Origin: Raillietiella orientalis | Lineage: Eukaryota | Direction of reading: 5' to 3' | NCBI GenBank assembly: GCA_036172245.1 | Contig: JAYWIR010000054.1 | Coordinates: forward strand, 124,001 to 188,000 | DNA: 64,000 bases | In this document: positions 49,801 through 62,379 of the stretch, one piece after another | Layout: every line of letters starts with the position of its first letter | How positions within the stretch are numbered: the first letter of the stretch is position 1 | Program-made: the position numbers and the translations under genes | Notes under the pieces: generated by a model | The model's input: only the letters and a program-made list of their open reading frames with translations | Told to the model about the DNA's origin: nothing | Database searches by the model: none

Positions 49801-52626
49801 ACAAAACGGACCTCCGCGCACTGACTGCCCGCAGGCCGAAGCACCCTACAGTCGACGGGCGGAATCGCCGGGACAGCTCAACCGGCGGGACTTATTGTTC
49901 GTTGCGCCGGAACGCTTGCACTGGCACGCCTCGGAAGAACCAGCTATAGAAGGGGAGAATATGGGAAGTTCTAGGATTGGGAAGATTCCTCGCTGTCGGG
50001 GGCCAGGAGGACGAAGGAGAAAATCTCTTGCGAATAGCAGGCCCACCCGGCGGTGGCAGACGCAGCCCACCCGAGGACGTCTGGAAGAGGGCTGCCGGGC
50101 GGGGCAGCGCCTTATCCGGCAAGTGGCGTACCAGACACAAAGAACAAGGTATGCCGCGCAACTGGTTCCACTCACTTCGGAAATCCCTACACGGGGAACT
50201 GGTCGTTCCTCATCGAGCGCATACTCGTTCTGCCGAGGATCAGAATCCAGTGTGGTCACCGATCGCTTCAAGGCTGCACAACTTTTCGCCTCAAATGCAG
50301 AGGAAACAAACTCCCTCGAGTTTTTCAGCTACATCTGTGACGACCTGCTGCGGAAAGTTGGCTTTGGCGGAGACGCTGACCGGTTGGCGTAGGGAATACG
50401 TGGGCTACGCACTCCAGGCAGTTTCTGCTGAGTCCGTGGAGCTCTCAGTGTGGATGTTGTCCAGGTGATGCGATGCGCATCCGCTCTCCAGCGCCTGGCA
50501 TGCACTCCTCTCGCCTGCTTCGGCGCAGTTCGCATGGACGCCGGCATTGGCTCGGTGTTTTGGATTCCGCACCATCACGGGAGGGACGTCCCTCCAAATC
50601 TTCCTCTGGGGGAAGTGAGTTTCCTCTTCATAGTCTCTTTAACTATGAAGAGGAAAGCAGGTTGCAGAAGGGTCGCGAATTACTCTCAGCGGCTAGAGGT
50701 ATGCGGAATCCGCGAACAGGGATACCAGACTCCAGTTCCTTTTTCTCTTTTCTAAAAGCACAGGATCTTGTTGGCGCTCTCGAATTCTCCGGATGAAGAA
50801 AATGATTTCCTTTCATTTCAGGTTGGATTCCGAGCAGGCGTGTCGGACGTCGAGATGGCAACAGTGCCCACATTCTACGTGCGACTGCTCTTGACCGGGA
50901 TCATGGGTCAGTGAATCTGGTGTTTCCATGCACTGTAGCGGTTATTTCTTCGAACACCAATTCGAGATATGGTGATCGAAAGAGTTCCTTGCCCTTTCGG
51001 ATCACATCGAAATCTCCTACCGTCTTCTCGGTCGATTGTGATGCATATCTTCTGTCGCCTACTTCCTGAGTGCTTCCTTCCACGGATCAGGGTTTCTTAG
51101 ATTCTGAGCTTAGCGTCAGGCTGCTCCAAATTCGCCTTCCGTATTCCTGACGTGAGCATGGAGGCGAAGGATCCCAGTCGATGTAGCCGGTTGTTCCTCG
51201 TGTAATTGCGGGAATGAGTTCAATAGCCGTTTTGCAACAAACCCTATCCAGAAAAGCTCTTAGCGATGATGCAACTTGTGAACATGGGCGCAGCGCTTGC
51301 AGGATCAGCTGGTTTATCTTGCCTAAGAATGTCATCTCGCATGCCGAACGCCGCAAGGCAGCCGACACGAGGCGCAATGCCGCGGCACGCGCTGAGAACC
51401 CAACTCATGTCATCCTAGAAGATGCTTTGGCTTTCACCAAAAGAAAACACGAAGCGTCCTGCATACGAAAAGAAAAGTAGCAGAGGAGAGAATTAAGGTA
51501 GCAGCAGGAGACGGGACAACACCCGCACGGGCAAGCGCGGGTTAGGAATTGCCCATCGAGACGAATGTTTCCGAAAAAACTACCGGACGAGTAGTCGAAG
51601 AATGCTTTCACAGCACGTCACGGGGCATATCTGGAAGTGCGTTGGTTGAAAGTGACCATGTCGGCGCTGCCTATTCGAGCCACTTCCCCCTTTTGTGCTC
51701 CTGCGATCCTTTGCTCGCACGGCCGCATCCCGCGCGCAGGAGTCGCTTTTTCTTTCCGAAACTTCCCAACCGAAGGGACCTTCTTCGCCAGCTTTTGCGT
51801 TTCCACTGTTCTTCCGCGCGTATTTTTGGAATAATCTCCCTTGTTCATCTGCGCTGGTCGCCTTCTTTCTCCACTGCTGCTCTGGCAGGAGCAAGTAGGC
51901 GATTGTCTCGTGCAAGCAGCTGAACGGGTACCTTTTCTTGATCATCCTCTTCGTCATCAACGACATCCTCCTGCCCCTGCTCCCGATCTTCTGAGAAAGG
52001 TTCGCTATAACTCCCCGCAAGGGTGACGAAAGCAGTGAACAGGAAAGAACCACATAGCTGCTCCTCAGCTTTAACATGAGGTGGCATCTTTCGTACTGCG
52101 TGCACCTTCGCAAGTCCCAGGTGTGCCGCAAGCTAAAGAAGCGCTGGTGCGTCTGGATTCGAGCTCCTTTAATTGACTACTTGCTTCTGCAGAAGCGAGC
52201 ACGTTTCTCCACCCGAGGATCGAATTTGACCTAGGAGTGAGGCCAACCTGACCTTCGAGTTGTGTTCTAAGCCTGCACCCTCCTATCCCACCCTTGCTGC
52301 TACCATTCAGGATCAACTGCCAGGTGGCCTTCCGTGTATCTCTTTCTCGGCCTTTTGGAGGCCGCCTCAGAGTTCATCCCATCGTTACTTCACCCTTCTT
52401 TGGTCTTGTCCGTCTCGCCGAAATCGGCGCTTCTACCGGTCTCGACCCATTCTTCCCGAACACACAGTAGCCACGTGGTACGCAACAACTTCTACTCCTG
52501 ACAGTCCTCATTCTCCATAGCAAAGACTACGCGAGAGGCTTCTTCCCGATCTCACCGAGGTTAAAAAGGATCAGCCTCTTTGGCATGCCACCAATCGATT
52601 TGTCCTACCTTCTCTCTTCTTTTCAG

Positions 52627-55600
52627 TTGTGCTCCCGAAGATCTACTTAAAAGTTTTCGGAATCACCAAAAGAGGATTCTATTGTGACGACACATCTATA
52701 CAGCTTCCGTACATCAAGCAAACGGTCTCCGAAGCTCAGCTCATCACAGGAATGCTCGTCACGGCGACCACCATCGTAAGTGAGAAACTACAGAGTAGGA
52801 TGGATCGACGGCGATTTCGCCCCGGAGACGTTGGCCATTCCGTCTACCCATTTTTACCTTCCAAAGTTGCACCCGGTTCTGGAACCACAAAGGTTTCCTG
52901 TATCCTGGAATTGGTCGTGTGATGAGGCAAACCTATCGGCTCCTCGTAGAAGGAGGGGGGAGGAAATCGGAGCACGCGCCACCGCAACCGCTCCCAGGGC
53001 TGCCGACTGCAACGCTGATTGTTACTCAGAATCCCGGGTGTTCTCATCCACATGCGCGAAGACAAAGAGTGCAAACGGACTCGGCGAAGACGAAGAGGAG
53101 CCAATTTTACAGGAAACTGAAACCTCGTTTTCGAGTTGAGCCTGCTCCGAAGAACTTCGCTCGCGGAATTGTTTCCAATGTAGGAAGGTATGGTGGAGCA
53201 GCTAGCCAAAAGGCTCCAGAAGCACAAAACGGCCTTAGCGAATCCGAAAAGAGGAGCTGGTTTTACCGGAGACTAAAACCTCTGTTCAGACTGGAAGGTG
53301 CTCTGTGGAATGTCGTTCATGGACTCCTTTTTTGATTGTGAGAACGTCTGCTGGGGGAGCTAGCAAAAAGGCATCAGACTATAAGATTCCATGGGAGTCT
53401 CGCAGCTCAGTGAAAGCGGAAAGCTTCGAGCAGGAAGGAATGCCACGTTTCAAGAAAACACACGTGAGCTCAGGAGCCGTTGAGAAGGAAAAAAATGTGA
53501 TGAATGGTTGGCAAACCGTAGCACACCTGCTTTAATCCTACTTGAACAGCTGGCAGCCCTGACAGCCGAGCTGGTTTGGTTAAAGCTGCCGCTCGGACCT
53601 CGATCGAAAAAAGTACCTGCCATTCGGCCTTCAAAATGCATTTGTGAGCCTTCGCTGCAGCAGTCGGAACTCGAACATTGTTGAAAGAGTTCCTTCGTAA
53701 ACAGGAAATGTTTCACTATTGTTGAGAGAGCTCCTTAGCCTGCAGCGGAAACTGCGCCATTGTTGCAGCGGCTCTCTCGGGAGAAGCGGAAACTGCGCCA
53801 TTGTTGAGAGAGCCTCAATTAAATTGTGCGCTCCCTACTGTGAATGTACCATCGCGGTCGCGCAGGTGATATCGCGCGCAGCCGTGTTGCCGCCCCCTAT
53901 CAACAGAGGAAGAGCGCACTGCCGCGTGATGCAGTTGATGGGGTCACGAGCCATCTCACGGTCGGTTTCGGACGCCATCTGTGAGGCGACTCGAGACTTC
54001 CCGCGGCAAAAGGTCCGTGTCATGATTGCGCAGCCTCTTCAAACTCTGCGCTGCCAGCACCCCGCTTGATGAATAACGGCTCTTGTGAAAAAGAGATGCG
54101 TGATTTCTCTGCTTGCCTTTCACAGGTATTTCGTAAATGTCTCTGAAAATGCTTTCCGATCACTTATGTACTTAAAACTTCCTTTGAAACTAAACAATGA
54201 CTTGTACAGTTCCGTCATTGCGTCCCTCATCTTCATGAGTTTGAGCGCTGTCTCGTTGACCGTTTCCTTTATGCTGTCGAGTTCTTTTCTACCTTCAATT
54301 TCCGCTACGTGTCGATTCAAGTAGGGTATTCGGGAGAATGGTGCAAAGGTTAAAAACGGAAGCTATTTCGGAGCTGCAAAGCCAACGACATTTTTTCCAC
54401 CTGGAACGTATCTTGCGATGAGTGGTGTACAAACACAGCCGACATGTGCATCAAAAAGCCTGGAATAAAGAGGTTTTGCCTTGGGACATCCGAAGGAGTA
54501 AGAAAGGACGCACCTTTTCTTGCCGGTGGTTTTCGGATTCCATTGGACGTTTGTGACTGCATTTCAAATGCCACTGAAGATTCCTCAATTCGCAGTGTGG
54601 TTCCGAGCTTTTCAATTTCGTTTTTGGCAAATCCATTGAATTTTCTCTTCTATGCTGATCGCCACACGTTCTAAGATTGAGGGGTAGTGCAGGATGGGAA
54701 GCAAACGGATTGAAGAGTAGACTGAATGAGTTAAGGGGAACGTCAACAGAAGCATCGCTTGACTTAACGGAGTGCGAATGACTTTTGCAAACGCATTTCC
54801 AGCCATACCTGCCGCGTACCGACAGATCTTCTCTCTTTCTTAAGAGCACTCAGCTGATTTGTGATCCCATCTGTGTGATTAACGAGATGTTCATCTAGTA
54901 AATCTGCGAGAGCACGTGGGATTCTGTTCGGCCACTGTTACTGCAAGGACATGAACCGGAAGCCATCGACATGGGTTCGAGGGCAATATTTACCACCTCA
55001 CTATGAGGCGCGCCCATGAGCAGTAATACCGGCTCCAACAGCAAGCATGGTGACTTTAGAATGCATTTGCATATAATGAGAAGAACGCCGACAAAACAAC
55101 GTTCAATAGTGGCGTAGTTTGCTTTCGGAGCACACATTTATCTACAGGGGTGCGCCCTACTATGGGAAAAAGGTCCTCCAGCAGCTCTCTTGAACCCCAT
55201 GACGTTTATCACGGGTGGTGACAGATCTGTAACACGTTTATGTTGACAAATGAAAAGGGCTCGGAGTCCATGTTTGCGTACAAATTTGTACATTGTGTCC
55301 ATTTTGCGTCACGTCTGATTCCAACTGAATTGCAGACGCTACCGTGCGAGCTGAAGGACGGCGTAAATACTACTTCCCTGATAAATGCAGGAAATGAATT
55401 GTCTTACTTTCTGTCGGGAGCCGTCATTTTAAAAGGCATTGTGGACATAATGAAATATTATGTCGGGAGACTTCGCCCGAACTTCAGCGTCTGTAAACCA
55501 AAATGGGAAGGCGGCTGCACTGCAGGAAAGTATATCACTAACTACACGTGCACAAATACAGACGTAAGCGAATCCACCCTGCAGGATGCTAGGCTAGTTA

Positions 55601-56182
55601 AAGGGGGAAGGGTCACAGTCCTCTAACGTGCATTTCAGACTGTCATTCCCTTCTGGTCATTCAGCAGCTTCATTTTACACAGCCACCTATTTATCTGTGA
55701 GCATAAAAAACATGAAATCCTTATGTATCTTTTCGAACAGCGCCAACTGGACAAATGCATCCGAAAGCCATCCCTTCTCTTCGCAACGAAAGTCTTTTTT
55801 TTTTGGATAGCCACTGTCCTATCACTGACACGCATTTGGGACCATATGCACCACTTCACAGACTTGATAGTTGGTGGCATCCTAGGGGCTTTGATGGCGT
55901 TCGTGATGGTGGGTACAGCTATCATTGCTCCTTTCGTCCACTTTGCCTTTTCAGCGTTTCTTTGCATGGTTTGATAAGCTTGTTTGGAGTGTTGCAGAAT
56001 TTGGATATTATTTTGGACCTCTTAAAGTGAACATGAAAGTCAGTGACGCAGTAAGCAGGAAGATAAACGATTCCTGCATGTGCCACTCCCACAACGGAAT
56101 TTCAAACGTGCCGTGTGGCGATCACCTGCAACACAGGACGATTCTTCCCGATGGAGCAGCTGTTCCAGTGATGCAAAGTTGA
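52627..56182 (+). CDS. Second PAP2/wunen-like paralogue, possibly pseudogenised. Exons: 52627-52775, probable ~52893-53520, 55336-55592, 55639-55696, ~55741(or 55723)-55908, 55955-56182; first exon not located
   Basis: KRGFYCDDTSIQLPY, KYYVGRLRPNF (C1), LSFPSGH (C2), TRIWDHMHHFTD (C3). Intron positions and phases match gene 1, including the identical 58-bp exon. It has a GC donor, a doubtful acceptor and two frameshifts in the loop exon. Confidence 0.85.
53085..53400 (+). repeat. Diverged in-frame 156-bp (52-codon) tandem duplication
   Basis: KRSQFYRKLKPRFRVE...GAASQKA versus KRSWFYRRLKPLFRLE...GGASKKA; AAGAGGAGC at 53093 and 53249. Confidence 0.85.
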
Positions 56183-56599
56183 CACAAGTGTACACGACCA
56201 CAGCGTGCAGGATACGTGCAAGCGAACATTTCAATGAGATAGAAATCACGCATTAAAATGAGTTGCAAAGGAAAAGAGAGGTCTTTCACTTTCTTCCTGT
56301 TGAGCTGGTCTCTCTTTCGCTCCCTGCCGATGAAGACCTGATCTGCGTTCGGTTCGAGAATACCGCCGATGAGTCGGAGGTCATTCTGTATAAGATCGCT
56401 CTTGCAGTTCAGAGAAAGAGTGATCCATCAGGTGATCATGTATTTATTCTTTAACATCTTTTGGGAGCCACGCCTGCTTCTCATATGAGCTGCTTGCATC
56501 GGAGCTGCTGTGTTTTTTTCGAACACCTCGTGTTATGTGAAGATGTTGCGCGCAATCGCCACGTAGAAAGGGTTGTTTCCCTCTAAGGCGCCAATCGTA

Positions 56600-57960
56600 C
56601 CCTCCTCGACCGATTTCCAAAAATTTCTCTACTCTACTCATCCCCACATTCCTGTTCTCGAAAGGGAGGAATCCCCGAATGCGCCATGCCATCTTCCGCC
56701 GGCAGTTGTCATGGAGAGCAAAGTAAGCGAAGATATGCCCGTCGTTTTCCCAGCCTCTACTCTGTTCTTGAAGCCCCGAAAAAGATGGCCACTCTGGCAA
56801 ACCGGTGGCTCCATTGCACGGAACCCTTTGTACAATCCGACTGATTCGAAACGATAACCCTTCGACTTCTGGAGGCTCTGGAAGAAGAGGAAGAACCGTT
56901 TCAAGTTCAGTGGATGCAGCCAGTCAGCTCTCTGGGACGAGGGCGGCAGGTCGGATCCCTTAATCCCTTCAGTCTCTTGAGTCAAGATTGCCCATTAGAC
57001 TCGAACTAGTGGATCAAAAATTTCCGTGGTGGTTTCCTAAGAGGGCCACTCTCCCTGCTTTTCGTTCCAGGTGCGACCGGCAGAAGACGAGACCCACCTC
57101 TTATGCGGAATGGATGTCGATTCCTTTTCTCCACTTCCGGCCATCAGCTTGCTCGCGTTCGGTTCGGTCACGATGACTTCTCTACAGAAAGCAAGGGGTC
57201 GTTGTCTCCGCGTCGAGACACGAACTTCGACAAGTTCCCTCATCTTTGTATCTCTCACGGCTGCGTCAACGCACCGGGAGGTACTATCCCCTAGGATATC
57301 TGACGGGATGCAATTTCTTCGGCACCACTGGAGCAGTTACGAAGCTCCTGGACGGCTGGGAGGTTGGACACAGCATTTGCAGGCAAACGGACAGCTTCGG
57401 CAGAGCAATATCCTTAGTGTGCCCTCGAAGTGGGAACAAGATCTGCTCCTGTTTCTGCACTAAGCTTTCTGGTGCAGCCCCGACCGGCACCTCGTTCCCG
57501 GAAGAGCTAAGTCCCCAAACTTGTTTGAGGTGACCTTTAGAATCTGTGGCAGACGCTGTCTCCAGCACCACTGCATCCCGAGGACACCGCCATGGACTTG
57601 CTGAGGCCATTCTTCGAGCATCAGTGCCATCAGGTGATCTCAAGGCTATGAAGCATCCCTTACGTCGTCACAGCCCGCCACTTGCTGGAGTCTCGGACGC
57701 GGCGAAGGAAGGCCGCCCGCGAGAGGACAACTGCGAGGTGGACTCGCCTGGAAGAGGAAGTCGAGTCGGAGATCTCCGGCGTTCCGCGCCGGTACTGAGT
57801 GAAAAGGAGCGCATACTGCCAAAGTCCCCTGTCCTCATCTTCCCTTCCTTTATTTAGTTACTGTTCCCTCCCGTTTCGGACTGACCCAGCTCCAACTTGC
57901 GTGTCGGTGAACCTTTCTCTTGGAATTTGTTCTCTGTTTTCGTTTGGGGAACCCGGTTCG
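56600..57960 (+). mobile_element. L1/Tx1-like LINE RT fragment (family B)
   Basis: GPLSLL (RPISLL-like), PVSALSFLVQ, VADA (decayed ADD) and LSEKERILPKSPVL. The 3' ~540 bp is nearly identical to 21845-22420 (minus). Confidence 0.8.
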
Positions 57961-58149
57961 AAGTTTTGTTTGTTTATTTATACTCAAGTAAACGCCCCAA
58001 CGCGAAAGGGCGAAAACGGGATGCCATTTTCTAGAGCTGGCAGGGCAAGAAAATGGCAGCTTGTCCATAGGGCAAAGAAGTTCTTCTTTGCCCTGCAGAC
58101 GCTCATCCTCTCTCTCCTGGAGTTATCTCATCGACTGCTTTTATAAATA

Positions 58150-59500
58150 TCTCCCCCCCATCATCGTTTGTCCCATGAAGAGCGCGACGGCAGAGCGAAC
58201 CTCTCTTGCCGCAGCGCTGCCCTGAGGGAGCAAATCGGCAGTGACGCACCGGATAGGTTCCCTGTGAAATTGCTTCCAGGAGGAACCGTCAGGTGGATGA
58301 ACCACTCGCCTCTGACAAATGCTGCGACTACCCCAAGTGCACCATCGAGTCGATCCTCAACGGTCTGTGCACAACAGGACCAAGGGTCCTACCACTTCCT
58401 TTGTGCACCTCTTTTGACCGCTGGGGTTCTTTAGCTGCATATGACTGTCAATCATTCGTGTGACGTGGGCTGCATAGATGTCGCTGGAGTATCCGATGTC
58501 TCATCGTCAACAATTTCTGTTTCGGAATTCCAAGGTCCCGCAGCACTTCCGGATCTCAGGCTCCCAGAGATCCAACGATGAACGCACAAACTCTGCATTG
58601 CTTCCCCCTCCCCTCTGCTCAGCTGGAGGGCTACTTCCTTGTACTTTTCCTGTTTTTTCCTCCTAGCTGTGCTGAGCGCCTCTTTTCCACCTTCGTACTG
58701 ACAGCAGACATTCAGTTCTATGAACCGGTTTTCCTTTTTCCATCACAAAGTCCTGTCTTAATAAGGAGTTCGTTCCTGGCACTCTCTGGTTAGTAGACTC
58801 CAGGGTACACTTTGCTGCATCCACCGCCGCCATGCTTATCATCTCTTGAATCGAGTCGTATCGCTCAGTGGGCAGATGAAAGTGTCTCCTGCTTCTGTTT
58901 CATTTGAGAGGCAACATTTCATCTTCCGTCCTGCAGCGCCGACACACGCGATCCTCTGGTTTCATCCTGGACACAGCCCAGATTGGAACAACGCTGGCTG
59001 CGTAAATGAATCTATAGTCCTAGAATCTCAGGGACTCTCCATTGGTGATGAAGAAGCTTGAGGTGTGAGGCATGCTTACACACTGTATGACTCCCTTGAC
59101 TGCGGTGCTCTTGAACGAGGGGTTGCCGCGCGCGCTCTCTCTGCAGTGCTCTCACGCCAGTGGTGAACCTTCTCCTCATGTTGCTGCTGAAGATGACGCC
59201 ATCGACCGTTAGTTGTTGGGCTCTGCATCAACAAATCTCCAGCGGGCTTTTGTCCTTCTCAAAGCCTCCTTCCTCTGGACCACAGGCTCTGGATGTCCCT
59301 GCCACTCTCTACGAATTCTCCGGAAGTGCCTGTCATGAAGTCACCGGGGTCCTCATCTGTTGGTGTTTATAGGATTCTGTCTTGGACCGCCTCTTTGTTT
59401 TCCTATAAGCAAACGCTCCGGGGTACCCGGGTTCCGCGCTCGCCGGCAAACCGCGTGAGCGTCTGTCAAGACAAGGGTGCCAACTGCCTCCTGTGCGCTC
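58150..59500 (-). mobile_element. Probable decayed LINE 5' region (AP endonuclease)
   Basis: Weak ordered motifs HGGGG (~58830), DIYAA (~58475) and GSNF (~58270). Confidence 0.3.
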
Positions 59501-62379
59501 CTTGTTGACGTGGGGCGTATTCTTTTTGTGAAAACCGAAAATACATTCTCTGTTGTCATCATAGGCAGAGTTTTCGATCTAAACGGTTCCCTTCCTCCAA
59601 AAAAACTCCAGGCAAATTACGGGATTAGGAGACATCCTTACGTAGGATTGTGGTGACGTGAAAGCGAAAGATCTGTTGTCCAAGCAGAAATTTCTTTTTC
59701 TTTCGCTGCAATTTTTTCTTGGTGTGTTTCTAGGAGTCATGTAAATCTCTCTTTACGGACTGCCTTGGATGCATCGTGAAAAGCGATAGTCTGATCTCAT
59801 TTCACGAGCAGCTGAGAAAAACGAGGGCAACCATCCATGGCTTCGTTCGCGGGTCTACCAAATGTGCTTGACAACGTCCTTTCTCTCCTACCATTCCGCA
59901 AAACGCTGCGAGGCGTAACAGGTGGGAGACACGGGATGCTTCAAGGAGAAAATCTTCCCGAACCGAACCGATAGGCAATGACGAAGGATCCGGGAGGCGG
60001 GACGCCTTTCGGGATCGCACCAGAGCTCAAGTCCGACTTCGCCAGGAAGGAAAAAGGAAGCTTCGGGTGACGAATCATTTCCGATGTCTTTCCCGAGCAA
60101 AGAGGGGAAGGTGCGGCGCTTTCTCTTTTGCGATCGGGCAAGTCATTCGACGCGCTGGGAATGAACGACGGGCGCAAGAACAGAAACGATAGAGAAGAAG
60201 GCGCCAGAGGATGCGAGTTCGCTGGCGCTCCTTGAGGACGGCATTTCTCTCGAACAGGGAAGAGAGAGAGAGAGAAAATGGGGAGGCACCTTTTCCTGAC
60301 GAAAAGGAAGCTGCGTCCGCTTCAACCTTCTTCGATGCCTTCTTCGGGACACTGGTGCCGAGGGCGCCGCACACACGCGAAGAAGCGTGTGCCCAACATG
60401 GAGATGCGCTGAATAAATTATTCGGTGCAACCGAATTGCACTGAATCATTCAGAAATACGAGTGAGATCGACATGGAAAAGATTACGATTTATAGATAGG
60501 AAACACGTGTGTTATTTCTTTGTTCAACCTGAATATTGCACATCGGCACACATAACGATGTAGAAAAGTAAACGTGAGCTAAAGACTGAGGTCTCAGTTA
60601 CCTGTGCGTGAGAAGCACGTGGGTTTATGAGCTGCTTGGGAAGGAAAAAATCGACTCGTAAAAAGTTTCAGAAAGCAAATGCTGGAGCTCTGTTTTGTCT
60701 GTGACTCTATTTGTCTGTGTAGCCGTTTTTCAACGACTTTGCGCTGCAGTTGCCTCGTTAGCAAGTATGGTGGGCGTTCGCTTCTGCTGTGCAACCTCAG
60801 GTTTTCAGAAGTCGGCAGAGCGAAAACTAAATTTGGTTCAGAAAAGATTTCACCACGCGCACGGCAGGCACCTCGCTTTCGAAACTCACAGCAGCTGATG
60901 GTCACTAGAAGGGTCACGGTCGCATCCAGCAACCTCCAGCTTCAGTGAGGATACACCGTTCTTCCACCCCTGAATCTATCAGACGATCGACCCTCAAGTG
61001 TTTCGAGAATTCTGCTGTTGTTTTCCCCAACACATAATTATGGGATGCTGTAGGCTCTTCTCGTCCCACTGAGCATCCAGGACATAGGTGCCAAGAAAAA
61101 TCTTGTGGCAAACATCACACGTCTTTCATGAAGTTGCACGATTCGTTCGCCGCATGATGTTGTACGATTTGTTCTCCTTTGTAGAGATGCATGGGTTCTT
61201 TTCCTATATGCAAATGTAGTCACACGCATTTCGGGACTGGCTTTGATGCGTTTCCGGATCTACATGTACACTATCGCCATGTGAATGCGCTTTTCATGCA
61301 TATGGACTTTGAGCGAATTGCTTCCTCTAACCTTGCTGCTTTGACAAGTACAGTGTGCAGTGGAACACGTATAATACATAGGGATATTGCGTGTGTAGAC
61401 CCATCTTCGAGAGCATCGAGCGTGTCATGCTGCACACAGCTGCGCACGTGGCTGCTACCACAGGTCGGTCAGCACGCACGGTCGCGACACGTGCATTTGG
61501 AGCCACGCGTCTTAAGATGGTACCTTTGATTTGACTTCTTTGCTTGCATGCGAAACCCTACAGATAGCTCGGCGGGATGAAAAGCTCCCGAAACGTGAAA
61601 GATTGCCCCTTTGTGGCCCCATGTTTTGAACAGGCAGCAAACTTATTTACTGCAGGGCTTTCTTCCTTGCTACCAACACCACCGACCAGCATCTGCTGCT
61701 TCTCTCTCGACCCGATACTGCCATGCTTAATAATCTGGGCTTGCAGGCTGGCATCAACTGCAGATCTCCTCAAAGGTCATAATGCAGCCATCCGAATGCG
61801 ATAAACCGCATCCTTTGATGGGCTTCCGATTATCTGCTCCCTTTTATTTGCGTGGAAAAATTTCATTCACCTCTTTCATGTTTAAAGATGTTAGAATGAA
61901 TCGTCAATAAAGATCATCACTCCAGATGCATTCACACACTAAGAAGCCATTGGTCTAGATAGTGTTTATCTCGCATGCGAAGGAAGTTCCATTAATGAGT
62001 TCCAAAGAGTTCACTTCCATTAATGATCTTATGCTTAAGTGGTGCCAGTATAGTGAAATCGACACGTATAGCTAGAGTAACTGCTGCTTTACCGGACCTC
62101 CAAACTAATAATAATGCCTTTTTTTTTTCGTTGATAGTCCGAGAGAATCAACCAATCCGTCTTTTTAATTTCCTCTTCTTTTGGCTCTTTCCAGCAGACC
62201 GCTTCTCTCTGCATTCTCTTTGGTCTTTTATGTCCGAATTATTCCCTCTTTGGAGTGTGGTTGCTTCTAAGAGCATGCAAGGAAGACTGAGTGCATCTTT
62301 GTTTCCATGCAGAAACTGTCAGCCGACCTAAATCGGCGTTCTGTGCGTAAATTATAAAATGCATTTTCATGGCTTTGGT

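Noticed and set aside
52344..52358. U2 snRNA 5' end match TTCTCGGCCTTTTGG
   Set aside because: Only 15 nt; the rest of U2 is absent, so chance is plausible.
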